A stretch of DNA of 64,000 nt from Myxococcota bacterium (lineage in GTDB: Bacteria; Myxococcota; UBA4151): contig JBDQPD010000001.1 of NCBI GenBank assembly GCA_040260805.1, positions 1 to 64,000 on the forward strand, written 5' to 3'. Positions 9,072-18,335 of this stretch are shown here, piece after piece (positions within the stretch are counted from its first letter, which is position 1; every line of letters starts with the position of its first letter). The notes under the pieces were generated by a model. The model ran no database searches. It was not told where the DNA came from and saw only the letters and a list, made by a program, of their open reading frames with translations. Made by a program: the position numbers and the translations under genes.

Positions 9072-10168
9072 TGCGCGTTGAAGCACCAGTCTTTGCATTT
9101 GAACCGACGAAACTAAAGACCACGCAGCCGGCGCGATCCGCAAAGTTTGAAACTGTTTTGGCTGAGCGAGTAGCGCCGCAACGCAACGAAGCTGCGAGCG
9201 CACCGGCAGCCCTTGACGCAAGCAGCGAAGTAGAGGCTGAAGAGCCCGCTCACGATAACGAGCTGGGTGATATGGTTGATGACCAACCAAGCCAACAAGC
9301 CCAAGGCGATGAGGCGGGCGAGCAGTCCGAACAAGAAGACGCCAATTTTTCAGCAGAAATGATCGATGAAATGACGCTTGAGGAGCTTGAGTTCGCGTCG
9401 GGCGAAGACCTCCTTATTCAAGACACTGACCTTCTCGAAGCCCAAGCCTTGGCGGCTCCGTTGGCCGTTGCGATTCCTCTCGAAGCGCTCACCGAAGCCG
9501 GCACGCTGCAGCGAACAGAAGCTCCGCTCGCTAACGCCTGGTCACAGGCATTTAGCGCCCAGCCCGTTGAGGCGGACGTGGTCAACCCCGATGCTGCGCT
9601 GCTCAGCGCTGAAGAGCAATCGAGTCAGCTGATAGCGACTGCAGAGTTGTCGGGGGGAAGCGTTCGATTGCCTGAGGGCATGGTGGCCATCCAGCCAGAG
9701 CTTTTGGCGCCGCTTGACTTGGCAAAACCTCAAGCGATGGAACGGCTTCAGGATTTGGTCGAGTTCCAAATACGAGCGAGCAAGAGCCCCAATGGAGCCA
9801 AGCAGCTCAGCTTGACGCTCAACCCCGAGGGGCTCGGTAGGTTGCGGATTTTAGCGCAAACCGACGGCGATAAGATGCGGGTCATGCTCAAGGTTGAGCA
9901 GGGTGATGCGGCTCGGTTGATCGAGCGAGTGCTGCCCCACCTTGAGGCGCAGATCGCAGCCTCGGTGGCGATGCCTGTTGAGTTCGAGTTGGTTCAAGAA
10001 GAGATCTTAGGAAACGATGCTGGCCTTCAACTCGGTGAGTTTGCCGACCAAGAAGGCGATTCAGAGCAAGCTGATTCTGGCGAGGAAGGTGACCTCGTCG
10101 ATCAGTGGACCAAACACCTAGAAGAGCCTGTACTTGATCTAGGTCAAACCCTTCACGTGGTGGCTTGA
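9071..10168 (+). CDS. fliK: Flagellar hook-length control protein FliK
   Basis: Acidic, low-complexity N-terminus and C-terminal LSLTLNPEGLGRLRI domain. Precedes flgD. Confidence 0.82.
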   Translation: MRVEAPVFAFEPTKLKTTQPARSAKFETVLAERVAPQRNEAASAPAALDASSEVEAEEPAHDNELGDMVDDQPSQQAQGDEAGEQSEQEDANFSAEMIDEMTLEELEFASGEDLLIQDTDLLEAQALAAPLAVAIPLEALTEAGTLQRTEAPLANAWSQAFSAQPVEADVVNPDAALLSAEEQSSQLIATAELSGGSVRLPEGMVAIQPELLAPLDLAKPQAMERLQDLVEFQIRASKSPNGAKQLSLTLNPEGLGRLRILAQTDGDKMRVMLKVEQGDAARLIERVLPHLEAQIAASVAMPVEFELVQEEILGNDAGLQLGEFADQEGDSEQADSGEEGDLVDQWTKHLEEPVLDLGQTLHVVA

Positions 10169-10169
10169 T

Positions 10170-10835
10170 ATGCCGATTTCAGCGAGTCAGACCGATTTTC
10201 TTTTGCAGCCTGGTAACCGCCCACAAGATGTGGCGAAAAAGGACCTCGACCGTGAGGCGTTCCTAAAGTTGCTGGTGGCGCAGCTCAAACATCAAGATCC
10301 GCTCGAGCCGATGGAAGATGTCCAGTTCATCTCTCAGCTCACGCAGTTCTCGAATCTTGAGCAGGTGATGAAGACCAACACGAAACTCGATGAGTTATCG
10401 ATCGCTGCTGGCGCTGAGATTTCGAGCCAAGCGGTCAATATGGTCGGTCGTACAGTGGTCGTTCCTGGTGATCGCTTGACGCTGCCCGAAGAGGGTGAGG
10501 TTGAACTCAAGATTGAGGTGCCGACGACGATCGCTGGTGGTGAGGTTGCGGTGTTTAGCGAAGAGGGCCGTTTGGTCCGACGCATCCCGCTTAATCCTTC
10601 CAACGTGGGTCGCGGCTCGGCTATGTGGGATGGTCGCGATGAGCAAGGCGTTCGTATGCCGCCAGGCGAATATACAGTGCGCGCAACCGGCGTGACCCCG
10701 TCAGGGTCAGAAATTCAGATGGGTGTGCTTGCGCCTGCGCGGGTTGACGCAGTGGTCTGGCAAGAGGGGGTACCGATGCTGCGCATGGCTGATCGGCTGG
10801 TTCCTTTGTCTTCGGTGCGCGAGGTTTGGGAATAG
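10170..10835 (+). CDS. flgD: Flagellar hook capping protein FlgD
   Basis: FLKLLVAQLKHQDPLEPM, QLTQFSNLEQ, WDGRD..G...P.GEY. Confidence 0.96.
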   Translation: MPISASQTDFLLQPGNRPQDVAKKDLDREAFLKLLVAQLKHQDPLEPMEDVQFISQLTQFSNLEQVMKTNTKLDELSIAAGAEISSQAVNMVGRTVVVPGDRLTLPEEGEVELKIEVPTTIAGGEVAVFSEEGRLVRRIPLNPSNVGRGSAMWDGRDEQGVRMPPGEYTVRATGVTPSGSEIQMGVLAPARVDAVVWQEGVPMLRMADRLVPLSSVREVWE

Positions 10836-10982
10836 CCGAACCGCTCGAACCGGCACCACGATAACTATGCGGGCTCGTTTGGTTAGCGAGTTCGTCATTT
10901 TTTTGGCTCATCTCCTCGATAAAATAGCGATATTTCCGATAAATAAAGCGCTTAATGCTAAACTTGAACAGCGCTCGACCCG

Positions 10983-11414
10983 TTGTCTGAATCGGTCCCA
11001 TTTTGGAGCATTGATCGTTTGGACTCGCTTCGGTTGATTCAGCCACCTCAACGCGTCGAACCTAGATCAGGTGAACCGAGGGTTCATGGGCGCGCTGGCG
11101 TAGGATCAGCATTCTCCGAGGTGCTTGCGCGCGCCGTGGCGCGCCGTGAGCCTGTTCATGTGGGCGCCGAAGTTCGCGATCGCTTGCAGCAAAACGGTGT
11201 CGAATGGACCCCTGAACTCCAAGGACAGCTTGGCGAGGTGATGGGGCGCTTTGTTCAGCGTGGAAACAGCCGCGGTTTGGTCATGCACGATGAGCGTGCG
11301 TTCGTGCTTTCAGTCCCTGAGCGCGAGCTTGTGGATGTGGTGAGTGCGCGGGACCTAGGGACCGCTGTAGTGGATGGAATTGACGCTTTTGCCTTGGTGG
11401 CGAGAGAATTTTAG
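10983..11414 (+). CDS. Putative flagellar operon protein (TIGR02530-like), start uncertain
   Basis: Lies between flgD and flgE. C-terminal GLVMHDERAFVLSVPERELV...VVDGIDAFALV resembles this family. Confidence 0.65.
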   Translation: MSESVPFWSIDRLDSLRLIQPPQRVEPRSGEPRVHGRAGVGSAFSEVLARAVARREPVHVGAEVRDRLQQNGVEWTPELQGQLGEVMGRFVQRGNSRGLVMHDERAFVLSVPERELVDVVSARDLGTAVVDGIDAFALVAREF

Positions 11415-11424
11415 GAGGGCGTTT

Positions 11425-12708
11425 ATGTCCCTGTTTAGTACTTTGTATATCGGCGTTTCGGGCATGTCTACGAACGGATCAGGCATTGAGATCGCTGGTG
11501 ACAATATCGCCAACGTGAACACCGTTGGGTTTAAGCGCACGCGCGCAAACTTTGGTGACGTCATCAAGGAGTCTCTTGAGTCGTCGGGGTCGTCGTCCGG
11601 CATCGGCTCGGGTTCAGTCTTGCTCGGCGTTTCGCGAATGTACGCTCAGGGTGCCATGGTGGGCACAGGAAACAATCTCGACCTCGCCATCTCCGGCGAA
11701 GGCTTCTTTGTGGTCAACGCCAACGCTGGCATCGATGACGTGACTCTGGCTTACACGCGCGCTGGGCAGTTCAGCATCGACAAGGATGGATTCATTGTTA
11801 ATGAATCCAACTATCGCCTCCAGGGGCATATCGCCGATGCGGACGGGAACCTCACGCGTACCGTCTCGGACCTGAAGATCGCCCTTGAGAACATTCAGCC
11901 CAAGGCGACCAGTGACATCGCCTTGAAAATGAACCTCGATAACCGGGTCCCGATCAACGCCAACTTTGACCCCAACGACGCCGACACCACCAGTGACTAC
12001 ACCGCCACCGTGACCATCTATGATTCAGTCGGTAAAGCCTACGATGCGCGAGTGTACTTCGAGCACGTCAACCCAGTGGCGCCCGCCGCCGACAGTTGGG
12101 ATGTGCACGTCATGGTTGGGAACAATGAAGTACTGACCCACCAGCTCGGTTTTGATAACACCGGCGCGCTCGTGGTGTCGAACCGTGCCGGCGGTAACTG
12201 GAACCCTGACGCCCCCGCCGCGCAGAATGTTGCGCTCACCTTTGACCCCGGCTTGCTGCGCAACCCGCCGGTGACGTCAGGCCTTGAAGGTATCACGTCA
12301 TTCGCAAGCCCATCGACGGTGCTGAGCCAAAGCCAGGACGGTTTTGCGGCGGGCTCTTTGGTCGGCATCGACATCGACAAACAGGGAGTGATGAACGCTC
12401 GTTATTCCAACGGTCGAACCTTTCAGAGCGGCCGCGTGATCTTGGCGAAGTTCAATTCGAAAGACGGATTGCGTCGCGTCGGAGATAATCTCTACCGGCA
12501 AACTCAAGAGTCGGGCCCTGCAGCGCTCGCCGAAGCCGCCACCGGTGGTCGCGGTGTGGTGCACCAGGCGACGCTTGAGCAAAGCAACGTCGATATCTCT
12601 GAGGAGTTTATCGATATGATTCGATTCCAGCGTGCGTTCCAGGCGAACTCACGCACCGTGACGACGACCGATGAATTGTTGGTCGAAGTGGTCAATCTGA
12701 AGCGCTAA
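11425..12708 (+). CDS. flgE: Flagellar hook protein FlgE
   Basis: Start moved to ATG 11425 (AGGAGG RBS). GDNIANVNTVGFK, DLAISGEGFF, YTRAGQF, LEQSNVD, QRAFQANSR. Confidence 0.96.
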   Translation: MSLFSTLYIGVSGMSTNGSGIEIAGDNIANVNTVGFKRTRANFGDVIKESLESSGSSSGIGSGSVLLGVSRMYAQGAMVGTGNNLDLAISGEGFFVVNANAGIDDVTLAYTRAGQFSIDKDGFIVNESNYRLQGHIADADGNLTRTVSDLKIALENIQPKATSDIALKMNLDNRVPINANFDPNDADTTSDYTATVTIYDSVGKAYDARVYFEHVNPVAPAADSWDVHVMVGNNEVLTHQLGFDNTGALVVSNRAGGNWNPDAPAAQNVALTFDPGLLRNPPVTSGLEGITSFASPSTVLSQSQDGFAAGSLVGIDIDKQGVMNARYSNGRTFQSGRVILAKFNSKDGLRRVGDNLYRQTQESGPAALAEAATGGRGVVHQATLEQSNVDISEEFIDMIRFQRAFQANSRTVTTTDELLVEVVNLKR

Positions 12709-13603
12709 TCGCTGAGCTAGTCGCTAACTTTAGTGCAGTTTCGAAGGCGATGCGGGTGCTCCCCGGATCGCCTTCGTTGTTTTTAGCCAAGTCGTACCCG
12801 GTGCCATGGTCTGGGCTGGTGCGTACAAAAGGTAAACCGAGCGATATTTGGCAGGCGCGGTTGGCGGTTAAGGCTTTGAAGGGCGCAAGACCTTGGTCGT
12901 GATAAAGCGCGAGGATGGCTTCTGCGTCGTCCCAGCGAGCGAACAGCCCATCGGCGGGTACAAAGCCTCGGCAAGGGATACCGTCGTCCTGAACAGCGCT
13001 CAGCGCACAAGCCCAACCAAGCTCTTCTACTCCGAGCATCCCTTCTTCACCTGCGTGGGGGTTCAACCCGCACACTGCGATGGGCTTACCGCTCGCTTGA
13101 TGCAGAGCTTGAGCAGCATAGCGCAAGCGTTCGGGAGTAATAGCCTGGGGAACTTGGTGCAGTGCGATATGATCGGTCACCAGACCAACCCAGCGCTCGC
13201 CCGAGCGAAAGCTCATCACAAGTTCCGATTGCGGGTAGCGGGCGCGAAAAAGTTCGGTATGCCCGGCGTGGTCCATCCCTGCGGATCTAAGCTGCGCCTT
13301 GTTCACCGGTAGGGTCACCAGCGCGTCGGCGGCGCCTTGGTCCATGACGTCCAGAGCTTGAAGCAGGGCATCGGCTTGAATCTGCGCACCTACCTGGCAG
13401 GGGACTCCGGGCTCTGTCTGACCGTCTTGGGTACCAATTAGTCGCCGATTAGAGCGCTCTATGATGCCCAGGTCGCGCCAGAGCTGAGGCGGCCCGGTCA
13501 GCAGCGTAGTCCAAGCCTTCGCTGGAGCTGAGTTCAACACCTCTACAGCCAGTCTGGGGCCAAGGCCTGAGGGGTCCCCGCAGCTGACGACGATCGTGGT
13601 CAT
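12692..13603 (-). CDS. pdxA: 4-hydroxythreonine-4-phosphate dehydrogenase PdxA
   Basis: GDPSGLGP, GHTE, LNPHAGE, YHDQGL, RTSPDHGT. Follows surA. Confidence 0.93.
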   Translation of the reverse strand: MTTIVVSCGDPSGLGPRLAVEVLNSAPAKAWTTLLTGPPQLWRDLGIIERSNRRLIGTQDGQTEPGVPCQVGAQIQADALLQALDVMDQGAADALVTLPVNKAQLRSAGMDHAGHTELFRARYPQSELVMSFRSGERWVGLVTDHIALHQVPQAITPERLRYAAQALHQASGKPIAVCGLNPHAGEEGMLGVEELGWACALSAVQDDGIPCRGFVPADGLFARWDDAEAILALYHDQGLAPFKALTANRACQISLGLPFVRTSPDHGTGYDLAKNNEGDPGSTRIAFETALKLATSSAISASD

Positions 13604-14479
13604 TTAGGGGAGCAGTTTGACCAGCGCTCGCTGACGCGCTTGGCGCAGGGTCTCCGCTAACGCTTTACGCGCATTTTGCTGACGAAGGCTGTTGCGGAGT
13701 TGCTCGCGTTGGGCGTCGTTTTCAACTTCTCGGCGAATGGCCACGATGTGGATCAGATGGATCCCAAAAGCCGAACGGACGGGACCGACAACGGCACCTT
13801 CTTGTCCAGCAAAAGCGCTCTTTTCAAAAGCTGGGTCGGTGAGGCCTCGGCCGATCCAGCCCAGATCTCCGCCATTACCCGCGCTTGGGTCTTCGCTGTT
13901 CGTCTTGGCGAGCTCTGCAAAGGTTTCACCTGACCCCAGTCGGGTCTTGAGCGCCTCTGCGCGACCTCGCGCATCGTCGACTTCCCAGTCCTTGGCGTTG
14001 GGCTCTAACCGCAGCAAGAGATGGCTGAGTCTTCGTTGTTCGACCAGTTTAGGTTGCCTCGCCATCGCTTGTTTGAGCTCGCGGTCAGTGACTTGCGTGC
14101 CGCGCGCCATGATCGCTCCCATGATTTGACGTTCAATCAATTGCTCTTTGAGTTCGGTTCGATATTGCTGCCAGCTGCGTCCGCTTGCCTGAACGGCTTG
14201 CATCAAGGTCGCAAGATCAGGAATTTTATTACGGGTTCTGATCTGCTCAACCGCTTGATCCAAAGCGGCCTCATCGACCTCAATACCGCGGCGTTTCGCC
14301 TCGGCGAGTAAGAGGCGTTTTTCGATCAATTGTTCGATCGCCGCTTGGGTGTCGCGACTCGCTCCGAGCTCGGATGCTAGGATCGGCTGCCCATCGACCA
14401 CGGCTACAATTCGGTCAACCAGCAACTCGGAGCCCGGCAAAGCAAGGCTGATGATCAGTGGAACAATCGGAAGGATCAC
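13604..14479 (-). CDS. surA: SurA-type periplasmic chaperone / parvulin PPIase (single PPIase domain)
   Basis: VDRIVAVVDG..I..SEL N-terminus, SHLL..F.ELAK..SED.SA..GGDLGW..G.HLI. surA-pdxA synteny. Confidence 0.85.
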   Translation of the reverse strand: MILPIVPLIISLALPGSELLVDRIVAVVDGQPILASELGASRDTQAAIEQLIEKRLLLAEAKRRGIEVDEAALDQAVEQIRTRNKIPDLATLMQAVQASGRSWQQYRTELKEQLIERQIMGAIMARGTQVTDRELKQAMARQPKLVEQRRLSHLLLRLEPNAKDWEVDDARGRAEALKTRLGSGETFAELAKTNSEDPSAGNGGDLGWIGRGLTDPAFEKSAFAGQEGAVVGPVRSAFGIHLIHIVAIRREVENDAQREQLRNSLRQQNARKALAETLRQARQRALVKLLP

Positions 14480-15390
14480 GGCGTCTCCATGGCGCTACTC
14501 AGCGTCCGCTCAAGGGCTGCTAGCGCGCCCGGCACCTTGCGAATCTTCGCGGCGCCGCGCAAGCGTGCGATCAACTGACCTTGTAAAGCGCCCTCGCGCG
14601 TTCTGAGGATGTCTCGCTGTGCTCGGTCATCCGTTGGCTTGCCTTCGGCTTCTCGGCGCTCGAGCCTGAGGACGTGCCATCCGTGCTCACTGCGCAGCGG
14701 CTCGCTGACCTCACCCAACTTTAGGCTGAAGGCTTGGTCAAAAACAGGGGGGAGCTCGCCTCGGCTAAATGCCGGCAAAATACCGCCTTGGTCGGCTTCG
14801 GGGGCGCTGCTGAAACGGCGCACCAGATCGGCAAATGAAAACCGCTTTTTGCGGAACAAGCCGAGCGCTTCAGTCGCTTCGCTTTTGCTCGCCGTGAGCA
14901 GATGCCGTACCACCACCTTTTCTTCGGTAGGGTGTTTGGCGACCCACGCATCGATGGCTTCACGAGAGATCGGCTGGCTAGCTGCTTCTTTGCCGAGCAG
15001 CAGCTCGGCGAGCATGCGCAATTGAACGCGCTGCTTTAGATCCGTATCCTGAAGCGCTAAGCGGTCTAAAGTGCGCCGGAAGCGGTGGCTTGGATAGCGA
15101 CGCTGAAGGGCAGCAAGCGCACGAGTTAGCGCATCTTCAGAGGGGCTAATTCCCTGCTTCTGAGCCTCTTCGGCCAGCAACCTCAAATCAATCTCATCTT
15201 CGAGCAAGCGCTCAAGAATGGGCAACCAGTCGGTTGGTGTGAGCTCCCCATATTGCCGCAATGCGCGCAGCATCAGGGCGTGACCCTCGATCGGTTGGTC
15301 CCCAAGATAAGCGATGACCTTAGGCGCAGCTGCAGGGCCTGCCGGCTCGCAGCCGGCAAAGGCGATCAGGCTGAGCAGGACGAGGCGCAC
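14476..15390 (-). CDS. Parvulin-type peptidyl-prolyl isomerase lipoprotein
   Basis: Lipobox FAGC, RHLL..F.DLVRRFS.APEA..GG.L..F, S.PLRSEHGWHVL. Confidence 0.88.
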   Translation of the reverse strand: MRLVLLSLIAFAGCEPAGPAAAPKVIAYLGDQPIEGHALMLRALRQYGELTPTDWLPILERLLEDEIDLRLLAEEAQKQGISPSEDALTRALAALQRRYPSHRFRRTLDRLALQDTDLKQRVQLRMLAELLLGKEAASQPISREAIDAWVAKHPTEEKVVVRHLLTASKSEATEALGLFRKKRFSFADLVRRFSSAPEADQGGILPAFSRGELPPVFDQAFSLKLGEVSEPLRSEHGWHVLRLERREAEGKPTDDRAQRDILRTREGALQGQLIARLRGAAKIRKVPGALAALERTLSSAMETP

Positions 15391-15393
15391 GTT

Positions 15394-16509
15394 TTATTTA
15401 GTGGGTTTGACCACTCCCTTACCGGGGGTGATCGTGACCGACTTCTTGCCGTGCGAGTGACCGTTTTGACCGTTGACCTGCCCCGAATGACCCTTTTTGC
15501 CGTGCGAGTGGCCGAAGTGACCAGCGCCTGGAGGACGAATCCCAGCAGGAGGGGGAGCTTTGCCAGCCTTGGGTTTAGCGATTTTGATCGACTCCAAAGC
15601 TGCGTCGTCAAGTTTGTACTCGGTTTTAGCGCGCAGCTCTTCGAGGAAGCTCTTCATCGTGTCGCGACGTTGCTTGCGATAGATCCGGTGACGGATCTGC
15701 TCTTTGACGTCCTTGAAGTCCTGCGAGTGAGCATGGCGTCGTCCGGTCAGCCGGAAGATATGCCAACCCTCTTTGCCTTCAACGATATCGGTCATCGTGT
15801 TGATCTTAGGTAGGTTCCAAACCGCTTTAGCTAGCGCATCGCCAAAGCGCTCCTGGAGCTGTGGTTCGGTCAGGTAGCGCAAGTCGCCACCGATCGCCTT
15901 GGTGCTGTCATCGTCGCTCGCTTCGGCGGCTTGCTTACGAAACAGGCCGCGGTCCTTTTTGAGGCCGGCTTTGAGCGCTGCTTGAACTTTCTGCAGCTCT
16001 TTTTTCGCCACCTCTTTTTTGCCTAAGAACTTCTTGTAGATGTGGCTGATCCGAACAGCTCCTGGCTTATGATAATCGTCATAGTGGTCATCATAATACT
16101 TCTTGGCTTGGACCTCATCGATGGCGTCAAAGTTCGTACGCTCCTCGACGGTTCGGCGGCTCAGCTCCTGCGCTAAAGCGCTCTGGAGCGTATCAAGGAC
16201 CTTCTCATCTTTGTGCAGATTGAGTCGGATCGCCTCTTGAGCGAGCAACGCTTTGTCCATCAGGTGCTCGACATACTCTTGGCGACGCTCTTTGCTCTGG
16301 TAGCGAGCGCGCACGAAGGGCGTCATACCGTTGATCTTCTTCTCCATCGCCTCGACCGTGAGACGTTGGTCACCGATGGTGGCTAAGGTTTTGCCCTCTG
16401 CGTTCTCGCTTGCGAACAAGTCGCACGATTCACCTGAAGCGGGCGCAGCAGCCGGCTGAGGCTGACAGCCGCCTAAGGCGACGGCGCATAATAAGAGATA
16501 GCGGTTCAT
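15394..16509 (-). CDS. Parvulin-type PPIase (PrsA-like) lipoprotein with His-rich tail
   Basis: Start moved to ATG 16509 (GGAG RBS). Lipobox LGGC, RISHI, SDD..TK..GGDL, GWHIF. C-terminal GHSHGKK x2. Confidence 0.85.
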   Translation of the reverse strand: MNRYLLLCAVALGGCQPQPAAAPASGESCDLFASENAEGKTLATIGDQRLTVEAMEKKINGMTPFVRARYQSKERRQEYVEHLMDKALLAQEAIRLNLHKDEKVLDTLQSALAQELSRRTVEERTNFDAIDEVQAKKYYDDHYDDYHKPGAVRISHIYKKFLGKKEVAKKELQKVQAALKAGLKKDRGLFRKQAAEASDDDSTKAIGGDLRYLTEPQLQERFGDALAKAVWNLPKINTMTDIVEGKEGWHIFRLTGRRHAHSQDFKDVKEQIRHRIYRKQRRDTMKSFLEELRAKTEYKLDDAALESIKIAKPKAGKAPPPAGIRPPGAGHFGHSHGKKGHSGQVNGQNGHSHGKKSVTITPGKGVVKPTK

Positions 16510-16546
16510 GAGCACTCCGTAGTCGAATAGTTGGCGGCGCAGCGGT

Positions 16547-16562
16547 AGCAGCGCCGGTGCCA
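16547..16562 (-). promoter_or_regulatory. Candidate sigma54 promoter for the PPIase-PPIase-surA-pdxA genes
   Basis: Minus strand reads TGGCAC-CGGCG-CTGCT (GG-N10-GC) in the mobA/PPIase gap, about 38 nt before ATG 16509. It is overlapped by a sigma70-like TTGATG-N17-TACCGC. Confidence 0.45.
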
Positions 16563-16587
16563 TGCATCAATCCCTGAAAGGCGAGCT

Positions 16588-17127
16588 TTATTCCTGCTGC
16601 GAAGGCGGTCGGTTAAAGTTCTTCAAGCGTTCAGGGGCGATTCCGAGATCAGCCGGGTTGATCCGCGCCGCACGGAGCGCTTTGAAGCAGGCTTTTAAAG
16701 AGGCACCTTTTGTCTCTAAAAAAGACCGCTCAACGATGCAGGGCAGGGTCGCCCTCGAATCGCCAAGAATTGAGCACCCAGGCGGCGCAGAGCCCAGAAA
16801 GCCGCCAAGGTCTTCGGCGGTCAAAAGCGGCATATCCACGGCGATCACTAAGGAGCGCTTTGCGTTTTCACAGAGCCAGTAGCGCAAAGCTTCGGCGGGG
16901 CCTTCGCCAGGATCGCTGCTCACTTCGACACCCTGATCTAAGCGCGACCAAAACCGGTGCGGGTTACGGCCAGCGAGCAGAACGATCCGTCCGCAATGAG
17001 GTTTGAGCTGCGCAATCGCATGATCGATCATCGCTGTTTCATCGATCGTATCGAGCGCTTTGTCGGCACCGTAGCGCTTCGATTCGCCTCCGCAGAGGAT
17101 TAAACCTGTGATTTGAGATGATCCCAT
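16588..17127 (-). CDS. mobA: Molybdenum cofactor guanylyltransferase MobA
   Basis: GLILCGGESKRYGADKA, AVDMP, NFN.P. Downstream of moeA. Start moved to ATG 17127. Confidence 0.88.
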   Translation of the reverse strand: MGSSQITGLILCGGESKRYGADKALDTIDETAMIDHAIAQLKPHCGRIVLLAGRNPHRFWSRLDQGVEVSSDPGEGPAEALRYWLCENAKRSLVIAVDMPLLTAEDLGGFLGSAPPGCSILGDSRATLPCIVERSFLETKGASLKACFKALRAARINPADLGIAPERLKNFNRPPSQQE

Positions 17128-18335
17128 TGAGCCTCCGGAGCGGTGCCGCAATCGGGACCTTCAAGCGCTAGGTAGGGCTGCAGATCGCCAGCTGACGTTT
17201 CGGCGGCGTTTGCGGGACGGTAGATCAAGGCGTCGACCGTGAGCAGCGAGCTCAAATCGCCTGAACCTTGACGAGCTTTAGCAATCAACCCCTCGGCGCA
17301 GAGCCTGGCGCGCAAGAACTCAACGCGCGTCCCCGCCGCTTTGAGCTGCTTTAAACCACGCGCCAAACGAAGCGTTCGATGCGGGGTCGTTGAGCCCGAT
17401 AGCGCTTTGATCATCGGGCGAGCAAACAACTCGAAGCTCACCATGGTTGAGGCTGGGTTACCCGGCAGACCGAGCAAGGTGCAGTCACCAACCTTTGCTG
17501 CGGCGACCGGTTTCCCTGGTTTCATGCAGACTTTATAAAAAGTGAGCCCCCCGCACAGGTCTGAAAGCGCAGACCCGATGTGATCGTGGTCGCCGACGCT
17601 GACCCCTCCTGAAAGCAGCACCAGGTCGGCATGATCGATCACGTGGCGCAGCGCGTGATCCACCTGCGCTCGATCATCGGCTAGATGACCTACCTTTACA
17701 ATGTCTGCGCCGCTTTGCAGGGCAGCGTGCCGCAGAAAGAGCGCATTGCTGTCGTAGACCTGACCGGTCTGTCGCTTGGACCCGAGCGGAACGACCTCGT
17801 CGCCGGTTGAGAAGATCGCGACCCTTGGGCGTCGGTGACAGGTCACCTCGCTAAGACCTAATCCAACCAGCGCTGAGAGGTCCGAGCCCCTGAGCGAGAC
17901 GCCTTGATCGATGAGGTGAGCTCCAGCCTCGAAGTCGGAGCCAAGGTGCCGGATGTGCCGATCGGCCTTTAGCGGTTGATCGGTTTTGAGAAGCTCACCG
18001 TCTCGCTCGCAGTTTTCTTGGATTAAGATCGTATTAGCGCCCTTAGGAACCACGCCGCCGGTGAAAATTCGTACGGCCTGATCTGCGTTGATCGACCCCT
18101 CATAAGGAGCGCCCGCGGCCGATTCACCGACGACATGCCAAGGTCCATTACTGGCTAAGACGGCGTAACCGTCCATCGCCGAATTGTCCTCAAAGGGGTA
18201 AGCTTCGGGCGCCAGGACATCATGAGCGAGCACCCGACCCAAAGCCTCTTCGGTGGGCAGCGTCTCGACGCCTCTTGTGGTTGCCTGTGCCAGCAGCTGC
18301 CTGAGGGCTTCATCGATCGGCATGAGCGCCATCAT
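17100..18335 (-). CDS. moeA: Molybdopterin molybdotransferase MoeA
   Basis: NSAMDGYAV, RIFTGG.VP, STGDE, SGGVSVGD.D, KPGKP, LPGNP. Start moved to ATG 18335 (TAATG coupling). Confidence 0.95.
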   Translation of the reverse strand: MMALMPIDEALRQLLAQATTRGVETLPTEEALGRVLAHDVLAPEAYPFEDNSAMDGYAVLASNGPWHVVGESAAGAPYEGSINADQAVRIFTGGVVPKGANTILIQENCERDGELLKTDQPLKADRHIRHLGSDFEAGAHLIDQGVSLRGSDLSALVGLGLSEVTCHRRPRVAIFSTGDEVVPLGSKRQTGQVYDSNALFLRHAALQSGADIVKVGHLADDRAQVDHALRHVIDHADLVLLSGGVSVGDHDHIGSALSDLCGGLTFYKVCMKPGKPVAAAKVGDCTLLGLPGNPASTMVSFELFARPMIKALSGSTTPHRTLRLARGLKQLKAAGTRVEFLRARLCAEGLIAKARQGSGDLSSLLTVDALIYRPANAAETSAGDLQPYLALEGPDCGTAPEAQWDHLKSQV

